Positions 51,779 through 64,000 of a stretch of 64,000 bases of DNA are shown one piece after another; the first letter of the stretch is position 1, and each line of letters opens with the position of its first letter. Origin of the DNA: Octopus vulgaris (taxonomy: Eukaryota); contig CATOCA020000001.1 in NCBI GenBank assembly GCA_951406725.2, positions 6,014,001 through 6,078,000 on the forward strand, given 5' to 3'. Below the pieces are notes generated by a model. That model had not been told where the DNA came from. It worked only from the letters and a program-made list of their open reading frames with translations, and made no database searches. Made by a program: the position numbers and the translations under genes.

Positions 51779-52126
51779 GTAAACTCTATTTCCAGCCCTT
51801 CTACATTTGTATTTCTCAAGATAAGATTCAAGACAAGAAAATTTTTTTTTACCTTATTTCAAATGGTTTCGATGCTGGAGAAGTTTGGGATTCGTGTTTC
51901 CTCACGAAGCGAAAGGATATAAATGTTTCTTAGTTAGTTAATAAGCAGGAGGTGACTACTCTTATTCAATTTCGTGCCACACCCTGACTAACACAAGATC
52001 TTTTATTCAAATTTGAATGCTCTTTACAATTTGTCATGTCAAAGTATAATTCAATTCATTTCGTATGACGTAACCTCTCCATAATTGTCTGAAAACCTAT
52101 GTGCATATATATATATATGGATAAGA

Positions 52127-52158
<32 letters not shown>

Positions 52159-52769
52159 ACATATGTATGTAGATTATATAAAACCCACTTAAATCTTGTC
52201 AAACCAGTTTTCTTGTAAAATTTTCATACACACACACAAAACACAGCCACACCTACACAGACTTTGGAAAGGTTCAGTGATCCTGTGATTAGGTCATGTA
52301 GCCCCTGATTTTGTGCTCATGATTTCGAATTCCAGCTTTGAGGTCCTGAAACAAATACCTAATTTCAAATTGTTCCAGTCAATAGAGCTGAAAATAAATA
52401 ACCCTGTGTTCGACTGGTTCCCTGTTTAGGGAGAATGTCATTGTCTTGGTCACTTATAAACCTTAGTCCTGAAAACAGCGTCAAGAATAGCAGTGTGACC
52501 AGCAAGAAATAATGACGTCCGATTATCCGGACGGTAGAGTGACTATATAAATATATTATGCATGTATGTATGCATGTATGTGTGTATGTATGTATGTATG
52601 TATGTATGAATGCATGTATGCATACATGGTTATCTATGTATTATGTGTATATGCATGTATGTATGTGTTATATATGTATGTATGTACGTATGTATATATG
52701 TATGTGTGTGTATATGTATGTATTATGTGTATAAGTATGTATATGTAAGTGTTACGTATGTATGCAAGC

Positions 52770-52814
<45 letters not shown>

Positions 52815-53029
52815 TGTGTATATATATATATATATATGTATTATGTGAAAATGTATGTATGTATGTGTGTATGTATGTATATGTGAACGAATGTATGTTT
52901 GCATACATGGGTATATATGTATTATGTGTATATGCATGTACGCACGCGTTATATATGTATGTATGTACGTACGTATGTATAAATGTATTACGTATGTATG
53001 CAAGCATGTATATATATATATATGTATGC

Positions 53030-53067
<38 letters not shown>

Positions 53068-53189
53068 TATGTGAAAATGTATATATATATATATATATAT
53101 ATCCCTTCTTTCCTGAGCGCCCAATAATACTTTATCTGTTCCACATCCTCGCGTTGTTGTCTTTTGTTTTCTTGTTTGGATTAACTTTA

Positions 53190-53258
<69 letters not shown>

Positions 53259-53617
53259 GTGGGGCGAGAGCAGGCAAAAACACAAAATTCAATGTCAAAT
53301 GAAGAAGAACGGAATCTCTCCAAAAAAGCGGTGAACTGGCAGAAATGTTAGCACGCCGAGCAAAATTCTTAGCGGTATTTCGTCTGTTTTTAAGTTTGCC
53401 TTTCATTATGTCTGGGTCAACAAATTAAGTACCAGTTGCTTAATGAGAGTTGATCTAATCGACTGACCTTCTCCCCCAAAATATTAGGCCTTCTATCTAG
53501 AGTAGAAACGAAAAGAATAACTGCTAATGAATGGTTCCACACTCCTCAAGAATTTGGAATGGCAAAGTAGAACCTTACAACTGGATTCAGTTGACGGCGG
53601 CTATACCCAGGACATAC

Positions 53618-53652
<35 letters not shown>

Positions 53653-53691
53653 CACATACATACATATATAAATACATATATAGATATATAC

Positions 53692-53748
<57 letters not shown>

Positions 53749-54254
53749 TGCATAAATTAGTTAGCTAGCTAGACAGATAGATAGATAAATTGATGGAAAA
53801 GTGTGGGTACATATGTACTTGTGTTTATCCGGTTTTCCTAACTATGACTTAAAAGTTGATCTAACATTTGAAAAGAGACAAGTTTCTTTTGATTAGAAAT
53901 TTAATGAGCCTTAGTTGAGATATTTTAGAATTTCTTTAGAAATGTCAAAGAAAAGAAATAGTGAGTCATCTTTTAAATGTATTTTTCATTGTGTACGAGA
54001 CCGGATTTTGAAAATTATATATCTATATACGCATACGTTTGAGAGTGTATGAATGTATGTATATAAGTATATATAGTTATATATGCAAGTAAGTATATTG
54101 TTGTGTATGTATGCATGTATGGGCAGGTATGTATACACCTACGTATGTATTCACATTTGTCTGTATTCATGTATACATGCAACTACTTATTGTGTATGCA
54201 TGTATGCAGTTTCGTATATAGGCATATATGTATGCATGTATATATGTATGTATG

Positions 54255-54288
<34 letters not shown>

Positions 54289-54502
54289 TGTATGTATGTA
54301 TGTATGTATGTATGTATGTATGTGTGTATGATGATGTTGAAGGCTGTCTATTCCTGATCGAAGAAGGCGGTCGCTGACCATCGCCTACATTGCCTGCAAT
54401 ATATATATTTATGAATATATGTGTCTGTGTGTTTATGTGTATATCTTTTGTGTAAGTGTCCAAATGTGTTTGTGTATGTAGATCCTTATATATACATATA
54501 TA

Positions 54503-54882
54503 TAAGGAGTGGCTGTGTGGTAAGTAGCTTGCTAACCAACCACATGGTTCCGGGTTCGGTCCCACTGCGTGGCATCTTGGGCAAGTGTCTTCTGCTATAG
54601 CCTCGGGCTGACCAATGCCTTGTGAGTGGATTTGGTAAACGGAAACTGAAAGAAGCCTGTCGTATATATATGTATATGTTTGTGTTTGTGTGTCTGTGTT
54701 TGTCTCCCTAGTATTGCTTGACAACCGATGCTGGTGTGTTTACGTCCCCGTCACTTAGCGGATCGGCAAAAGAGACCGATAGAATAAGTACTGGGCTTAC
54801 AAAGAATAAGTCCCGGGGTCGATTTGCTCGACTAAAGGCGGTGCTCCAGCATGGCCGCAGTCAAATGAGTGAAACAAGTAAA
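54503..54882 (+). mobile_element. SINE family A (full length)
   Basis: High identity to 701-1100. Confidence 0.9.
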
Positions 54883-55746
54883 AAATATATATATATATAT
54901 GTATATATATATATTTATATATAAGCATCTACATACACATACACTTTTAGACACTTACGTATAAGTCGTTTAGTATGTCTAAATGTTGAGTATATGCATC
55001 TACATATGTGTGTGTGTATATATGGATATACTCTTTTACTCTTTTACTTGTTTCAGTCATTTGACTGCGGCCATGCTGGAGCAAAGCCTTTAGTCGAGCA
55101 ACTATATACATATATACGACGGGCTTCTTTCAGTTTCCGTCTACCATATCCACTCACAAGGCTTTGGTCGCGCCTAGACTATAGTAGGAAACACTTTTTC
55201 AATATATAAATATCAAAATTATTAAAAGTTGTAATACTTTTGATATTTATATGATAATAAAAATAATTAATATAGATAAATAATTAAATATATTAATTAA
55301 TAAATAATTTATTAAATAAAATAATATATAAATATAAAAGATACATACATACACACATTTATATATATGTATATATTTGTATATATATATTTAAAATTTA
55401 TAAGTATAAATTATGTAAATAATTTTTTAAAGTTTAACTTTTATATTTTTAAATTAATTTTATGTATTGGCTTATGTTTTTCACTGTTTGATTTGTCTAA
55501 TAGTGGTTTTATCTCTAATTTAATATGATACAATATAATATATTTATACTATAAAATTGGATTTAATCCTAAATATAATTTTTCCCAGTAACTTTGGATT
55601 TATTCCCTAATATTATACATATATATATATATATATATATGACGGGCTTCTTTCAGTTTCCGTTCACCAAATTCACTCACAAGATTTTGATGGCCCAAGG
55701 CTACAGTAAACACACTTAGCTAAATAGCCTCACACGCTCTTTCTCT

Positions 55747-55783
<37 letters not shown>

Positions 55784-56396
55784 CTGGTGTGTTTATGTCC
55801 GCGTAACTTAGCTGTTCGGCAAAACAGATCGATAGGATAAGTACTCGGCTTACAAAGGATATGTCCCCGGATTGATTTGTTTGACTGGAGGCGGTGCTGC
55901 AGCATGGCCTCAGTCAAATGCCTCAAAATATAGAGGAAAGAACAAAAGAATATAGAGAATGATATGGATGTGGGTGTATATAGAGTTGTTTACTGGGATA
56001 GAAGTATAATTTTTTTTTATAAAAGCGACTTCAGTTGTTAATGTTAAGTCAAGTGTAACAACACTCTTCGCTTATTGTGGCATAAGTCACACAAACACCT
56101 TTTCTTCGATTCGCACACACACAGGCACACCTGTTTCATACTAACAATTACTACTAGAGACACACTCAATGACTTGTTAGTAATATTTATAACTATTCCT
56201 TGGTAATTTACATTCTGGGTTCGAATCCCGTCACCTTTTATCATTTGAGGGTCGATACAATTCTCTCAAGATTAACTTTGGCGTCGATATAATTAATTAG
56301 CAAAAGTTAAAACCTTGTAATTGTAGTAAGCAGAATTATTTGTAGCTCGAGGTGCACCTTGTAGATGATTATTCTATTTATATAAGGACGTAGGGT

Positions 56397-56955
56397 GTAG
56401 GCGCGTGGCTTAGTGGTTAGGGTGTCAGCATCATGATCGCATGATTGTGGTTTCGATTCCTGGACGGGGCGACGCGTTGGGTTCTTGAGCAAAACACTTC
56501 ATTTCACGTTGCTCCAGTCCACTCAGCTGGCAAAAATGAGTAACGCTGCGATGGACTGGCGACCCCTCCAGCTGGGGATCACATACGCCATTGAAACCGG
56601 GAAACCGGGCCCATGAGCTTGTCTAGGCTTTAAAAGGGCGAATTTATTTTGTGAAAGCGCAATGGCTCTGTGGTTAGGGGAGCGGACTCGCGGTCGGAGG
56701 ATGGCGGTTTCGATTCCCAAACCGTGTGTTGTGTGTGTTTATTGAGCGAAAACACCTAATGCTCCACGAGGCTCAGGCAGGGTGTGGTGGCAAAGCCCTG
56801 TTCTACTCTTTCGCCCCAACTTTCTCTCATACTTTCTTCCTGTTTCTTTGGTAACGCTGTGATTGACTGGCGTCCCGTCAAGCTGGGGAACACATATGCC
56901 ACATAAATCGGGAAACCGGGCCCATGAGCGCTGACTAGGCTTGAAAAGGGCGCAT
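56397..56955 (+). mobile_element. Two adjacent SINEs with different heads (1 and 2) and the same tail D
   Basis: Both end in ctg(c/t)gat(g/t)gactggcg..gggaaaccgggcccatgagc..taggctt..aaagggcg. Confidence 0.8.
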
Positions 56956-57390
56956 AAAAAGATACGGACAGAGAATGGCACAGAGAGAACGAGTGTGAGT
57001 GAAAGAGAGGGAGAGTTTGAGTGAGGGAAAAACAATCTCATAAACCCCACTCCCAAGGAAGAGAAACTATGAGTTACTTCTACACATCATCTTGGAGATT
57101 ATGTGAAGTTAATTTCACATGTGCCCCCGTCCAACTCCCGCATCTGGAGCCCACTTCTCTCTTAACTTCCATACCTCTGTATCTATTCTTGGCCTTTACT
57201 TTTCACGGGTTGCACCCTAGAGTATTTCTGTTTTACTTCCATCAAATCAGTTTCCACCATGGTAACAAGCTCCTATCTTCTTCCTTACTAATTCTTCAGA
57301 TCCTTTCAACCAAAACAGCTTCGTCATCAAAATTTATTCTTGTTAGATAGTAACATTATCGTTAATAATATTTATATATCTTGTATATAT

Positions 57391-57820
57391 AGGCGCAAAA
57401 GTGGCTGTATAGGCGCAGGAGTGACTGTATAGGAGTGGCTGTGTGGTAGGTAGCTTGTTTACCAACCACATGGTTCCGGGTTCAGTCCCACTGCGTGGCT
57501 CTTGGGAAAGTGTCTTCTACTATAGCCTCGGGCCGACCAAAGCCTTGTGAGTGGATTTGGTAGACGGAAACTGAAAGAAGCCCGTCGTATATATGTATAT
57601 ATATATATGCGTGTGTGTGTTTGTGTCTGTGCTTGTCCCCCTAGCATTGCTTGACAACCGATGCTGGTGTGTTTTTGACCCCGTTACTTAGCGGTTCGGC
57701 AAAGAGACCGATAGAATAAGTACTGGGCTTACAAAAGAATAAGTCCCGGGGTCGAGTTGCTCGATTAAAGGCGGTGCTCCAGCATGGCCGCAGTCAAATG
57801 ACTGAAACAAGTAAAAGAAA
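57391..57820 (+). mobile_element. SINE family A with triplicated 5' end
   Basis: High identity to other copies; the aggcgca..gtggctgtat start is repeated. Confidence 0.9.
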
Positions 57821-57949
57821 CGAATAAAAGAAAATAAACGAATATATAGATATATGTGCGTGCGTGTACATATATACTACTATGGAACTCCGTCGGTTGA
57901 GACGAAGAGGTTTCCAGTTGATCCAGTCAACAAGACTACTCGTGAAATT

Positions 57950-58526
57950 CTTTTCTACTCTAGACACAAGGTCCGAAATTTTAGGGGAGTGGGCCATCGA
58001 TTAGATCTACACCAGTACGAAACTTGTACTTGATTTATCCACCCCGAAAGGATGAAAGGCAAAGTCGACCTCGACGGAATTTGAACTCAGAAAGTAAAGA
58101 CAGACGAAATACCTATTTCTTTACTACCAACAGGGGGCTAAATAGAGAGGGGACAAACAAGGACAGACATAAGTATTAAGTCGATTATATCGACCCCAGT
58201 GCGTAACTGGCCCTTATTTAATCGACCCCGAAACGATGAAAGGCAAAGTCGACCTCGGCGGAATTGGAACTCAGAAAGTGAAGACAGACGAAATACCTAT
58301 TTCTTTACTATCAACAGGGAGCTAAACACAGAGGGGACGAAAAAGGACAAACTGATTAAGTCGACTATATCGACCCCAGTGCGTAACTGGTACTTAATTT
58401 ATTGACCTCGAAAGGATGAAAGGTAAAGTCGAGGTCGGCGGAATTTGAACACAGAACGTAGCGGCAGACGAAATACTGCTAAGCATTTCGCCCGGCGGGC
58501 TAACGTTTCTGCCAGCTCGCCGCCTT
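57950..58526 (-). mobile_element. SINE family B trimer nested inside a tail-C SINE (57880-58770)
   Basis: Three tandem ~180 bp core units; 17-bp TSD agactactcgtgaaatt (57933-57949) / agactcttcgtgaaatt (58527-58543). Confidence 0.85.
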
Positions 58527-59341
58527 AGACTCTTCGTGAAATTAACGTGCAAGTAGCTGAGCACTCCACAGACACGTGTACCCTTAACGTAGTTCTCGGT
58601 GAGATTCAGCGCGACACAGGGGGTGACATGGCTGGCCCCTTTGAAATACAGGTACAACAGAAACAGGAAGACAGTGTGAGAGAAGGTTGTGGTGAAATAA
58701 TACAGCAGGGTTCGCCACCAGCCCTTGCTGGAGCCTCGTGGAGCTTTACGTGTTTTAGTTTAATGAACACTTGCGACGAGTTGGACTTCATTTCACATTC
58801 CTTGGCAAGAATGACTCACCCTGCGATGGACTGCTGTCCCGTCCATATGCGGAATATATATGCCAAGGTAGACTGTTCCCATGCGTCTAGGTGCCAACAG
58901 AAGTAACTTTATTTACTATTTATATATGTATATATATGTGTATGTATATGTGCGTATATATGTATGTATTTGCTTGCTTTTTAAGTCTAGTAGTTATTCT
59001 ATCGGTACCTTTTGCCGAACCGCAAAGTAACGGGGACCTAAACACAACAGCATTGGTTGTGAAGCGATAGTGCGTTGTTAAACGCTAACACAAACACATT
59101 TATATACATCCGATGGGCTTCTTTCAGTTTCCGTCTACCAAATCTACTCACAAGGATCGGGTCAGCCCGTGGCTATAGCATAAGACACTCGCCAAAGGTG
59201 CCACGCAGAGAGATTGAACTCAGAACAATATGGTAGGTAAGCAAGCTTCTCACCACACAGCCACGTGTCACTTTTAAGCTTTCTATATATGAATGTATAT
59301 ATTTGTATATATAAATATATTATGAGCACAAGTACATCGAG

Positions 59342-59392
<51 letters not shown>

Positions 59393-59660
59393 CAGAGAGG
59401 GAGAGTGTGATAGATAGGTACATACATACATACATGCGCATATATATACACATACACAAACACAAAAAATCCAAACAGCCGCCCACACACATGCACGGGC
59501 ACAAACACACATAGCGTCAATTACTGCTATATCTTGATAACCACATATCCTGTTGGTATTATTTATAGCTATTTGCTGGGAGCCTACATTCTGGGTTCGA
59601 ATTCTATTAATGCCAACACTACTTTATCATTTCAGGGTTGACGAAATAACAACGATGAAA

Positions 59661-59696
<36 letters not shown>

Positions 59697-60456
59697 TATA
59701 TACATACATATATACATACATATATATATATATATATACACACACATATATACTTGCACGTATATAAATATATATATATATACATACACATATACATACA
59801 TATATATATATATGCACACACACACATATATATATGTAAATATATAGATATATATATATACACACATATATACATGTATATATATACACACACATATATA
59901 TATATACATATATATATATATAAATAAATATATATATATATATATTGTTAAAATCATCATAGCATATTTCTAAGGTGTTGTTTTGCTGCTATTTCTAGCA
60001 TTTAAATTGTCTTCCACAACGTCCTTCTTTAGTGGGAGAGAGTCAGACAGAGAGTGAAAAAGAGTCAAAAAGAGAGTGAGAATGAACATTGAACAGCTTT
60101 ATAGAGAGGGGGATTAGATAAACTAGATTGTCTACCTGTTTTATTCTCTCCCTCACTCTAAGTCTAATTATATATGTATCTATTTCTCCCTCTGCCTTTC
60201 ATTCTATCTATTTCCCCCTCTCTTGATCTCTTATTCTATTTCTCTTCCACTCTCTCTCTCTCTATATCATTCTCACCCACGCATTTTCTTGTCGCTTTCC
60301 ATAAAATTTTAAACATGGAGAGTAGACAAAAATTTAGATTTCAATACATATGGCTTCTATTCGTCTGAATTGTTCAAACACGCCCCTGCTGGAACATGTT
60401 ATATACATATAACATATATAATTATACACAACTCATGTATATATATATATATATAT

Positions 60457-60870
60457 ACTCTCTTTACTCTTTACTCTTTTACTTGTTTCAGTCATTTGAC
60501 TCCGTCCATGCCGGAGCACCACCTTTAGTCGAGCAAATCGACCCCGGGACTTATTCTTTGTAAGCCCAGTACTTATTCTATCGGTCTCTTTTGCCGAACC
60601 GCTAAGTGACGGGGACGTAAACACACCAGCATCGGTTGTCAAGCAATTTTAGGGAGACAAACACAGACACACAAACACATACACACATATACATATATAC
60701 ATATATACGACAGGCTTCTTTCAGTTTCCGTCTACCAAGTCCACTCACAAGGCATTTGTCGGCCCGGGGCTATAGCAGAAGACACTTGCCCAAGATGCCA
60801 CACAGTGGGACTGAACCCGAACCATGTGGTTGGTTAGCAAGCTACTTAACACAGAGCCACTCCTGCTCCT
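60457..60870 (-). mobile_element. SINE family A (full length)
   Basis: High identity to 701-1100. Confidence 0.9.
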
Positions 60871-60913
60871 ATACATGAAATTATTAAAATTATGAAGAAG
60901 AGTACCTAAGAGA

Positions 60914-61268
60914 TATCATCATACTAGACATAGCAGCCAAAACTTGAGTCTAAAACTACATTAAATGTTCACACCAGGAGAGAAGAGAAGAGAGACAAAA
61001 GAAACTAACAAAAAAGATAATAGTTTTTGTTTGTTAGTTTATTTTGTCTTTTTCTCTTCTCTCCCTATGCTGTGTGAAGATTTAATGTGTATATTCCACT
61101 GATGAGGTAAAGCATTCCTAAATGCAAAGTCAGGAATCCGGGATCTGGAATTATCCAGTAATTTTTTACTAGTTTTATTTTGTCTTATTGTCTTCTCTCC
61201 GTGTGCTGTATGAAGACTTAAGTTTGTTTAGAGTCAGATAATGGCTGCTATTTTCAGCATGGTGATGA
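60914..61268. mobile_element. Short non-autonomous foldback element with hammerhead remnant
   Basis: 60914-61016 is inverted relative to 61161-61268; direct repeat 61024-61090; attcca-CTGATGA..gtc-aggaat at 61093-61137. Confidence 0.55.
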
Positions 61269-61294
61269 TGGTGATGATGATGATGATGATGTTA

Positions 61295-62164
<870 letters not shown>

Positions 62165-62532
62165 GGAAATTTATTAAATAATTCTGAAATAGTCATAAAG
62201 ATATTTACAAAAATTTATTAAGTAAGCACTTGTTGATAGTGTCTGTCGAAATATTAGCAAAGTAGATGAGATCAGATCAAAGATCAATACAGGAGGTTTT
62301 ATTGTACAAATTCTGTGTCATTGATTCTTTTACTAGTTTCCATAAATCTACCTTTCTTTAGAGAATCAATTTATTTTTCATATAAAGAGCCCCCATCCTA
62401 GCTGGGGTATGATCCACAGATTTGTAGCTCAAGATGTAAGCAGAGGAATGTAGCTAACCTAGAGACACAACACGATGACTGTTGTTAGGTTTATTAGTGT
62501 CAAGAAGAACATTCAGCTATAAATAATACTTT
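62165..62532 (+). repeat. Inverted paralogous copy of 36513-36934
   Basis: Reverse-complement alignment by eye, e.g. atagctgaatgttcttcttgacactaataaacctaacaacagtcat, aaatctgtggatcataccccagcta, caataaaacctcctgtattgatctttg. Confidence 0.88.
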
Positions 62533-62730
62533 TACGATGTGTTTATATATTTTGGTAGTTCTGACTTTATGAGTCCCTCCTAGCGTGTGGCATTTATGTA
62601 TAGTAATGCCCTCTATATAATATAAATAAATACATTTAAATGAAAAAAATGGTGGATTTTTCTCTTATGACGCTTTTCCCGCTAACTACTTGATAAATCC
62701 TTATAAAGATTTTATACTATCTCTAAATTG

Positions 62731-62766
<36 letters not shown>

Positions 62767-62768
<2 letters not shown>

Positions 62769-63671
62769 TGCCGAAGTGGAAATCCACAACACCATCTCTT
62801 CGGTTATCTGGCTATTTGAAAACGTTATGAAAAAATACCGTTAAAAATGAAGGGAAATTACTCTGTTATAACTTTGCTTTGCCTGCGTACTTATACATCG
62901 CTCGCATTTTTCGTCATAAAAATTATATAAAACTACATAAAAATATATATATATAAAAATATATAAAAATATAAAAATATATAAATTCTTCTTGGGACAT
63001 AACACAGAAAGCATGTTCTATCCGTTTTCCTTAGGGGACCAAAAACGTAACAGAAATTTAGTCACATGTGGGCATGATCCGAAAAGCTCTGTCCTTGTAT
63101 TTAGACATGTGGTAGGGTCTAAGCTGCTTTTCCAGATAAGCCATCTCTCCATGTCGCATAAACCGCACCTTCCGCTGCCGTTAGTATAGGGCTTACATCT
63201 GGCCAAATCTTCCATTGTATGTTATAATCGACCACTTTATCTCTTAAAGACCAAATATGATTGGATAATTGTGTCGCTTTTCTTTTGTTCCAGTGCCTAA
63301 AGCTCAAAGTGTGGTTATTGAACCTGGCCTTGAAATTACCCTCTGTAAGGCCCACGTATTTCTTCGTCGAAACGGTGTCTTTAGTGGTTATAGAGTTTAC
63401 GGTAGCTTCATATATGATGGTCTTGGACATGCAAGCTCCATTTAGCGGGCACAATTCTTTATTCCTGCATGAACAGCTGTTTTCTTCTTGTGTTTTTTGT
63501 ATGTTATGATTGATTATGTTTTTAAAATTGGTAGTTGAACTAAAACTAATTTTTAAATTGTGTCTATTGAAGAGTTTCCTATAAGCATGGTTAACTGGAA
63601 AATGTCTATCTATCAGTGCTAGGAAATATTTACCTATATTGAAGGCCACCTTCAATTTACCTATATTGAAG
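62767..63671 (-). mobile_element. Second, distinct Naiad-type Penelope-like element remnant (GIY-YIG end + 3' UTR)
   Basis: NIGKYFLALIDRHFP..KLFNRHNLKISFS, CSCRNKELCPLNGAC..IIY..YVGLTEGNFKARFNNH; frameshift into CGLCDMER..LNTRTELFGSCPH; flanked by TA/GA microsatellites. Confidence 0.9.
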
Positions 63672-64000
63672 ATAGATGTATATATGTACATATATATATA
63701 TATATATATATATAGTAGTCTCTATCTAATCGCTAACACTCACGCTACAATATACACACATATACCTTTAATCAAACATACATTCACCCTACATGTATGT
63801 ATGTATGTATGTATGTATGTATGTATGAATGTATGTATGTACGTATGAATGAATGTATGAATGTATGAATGTATGTATGTATGTATGTATGTATGAATGT
63901 ATGTATGTATGAATGAATGTATGCATGTATGCATGTATGTATGTATGTATGCATATATATATATATATATATGTATGTATGCACATTAATATACACATGT

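Noticed and set aside
57950-58526. Regularly spaced repeats superficially like a CRISPR array
   Set aside because: Eukaryotic SINE multimer; no unique spacers and no cas genes
52566-60000. Numerous YI/CV/HT-rich ORFs
   Set aside because: Translations of TA, CA and TATG microsatellites

Overview
AT-rich, microsatellite- and SINE-dense animal genomic DNA; the repeat landscape suggests an octopus/coleoid cephalopod (inference). I can reconstruct one spliced protein-coding gene on the minus strand (10 coding exons, 36371->4984, 459 aa, all GT-AG and phase-consistent). It encodes Mind-bomb-type ankyrin repeats, one C3HC4 RING finger and a C-terminal death domain. Upstream lies a young Naiad-type Penelope-like retroelement (PLE) arranged as a ~7.07 kb near-perfect palindrome (3.3 kb arms), with a minimal type-I hammerhead ribozyme near each outer end. 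The rest comprises two full-length degenerate mariners, a second Naiad-type PLE remnant, remnants of RTE, RLE-type, CR1-group and Tx1-like LINEs, Helitron remnants, MITEs, many tRNA-derived SINEs with shuffled head/tail modules, a 7.7 kb polypyrimidine minisatellite, and an inverted paralogous copy of the sequence upstream of the gene's ATG exon. Most long ORFs in the supplied track are low-complexity artefacts.
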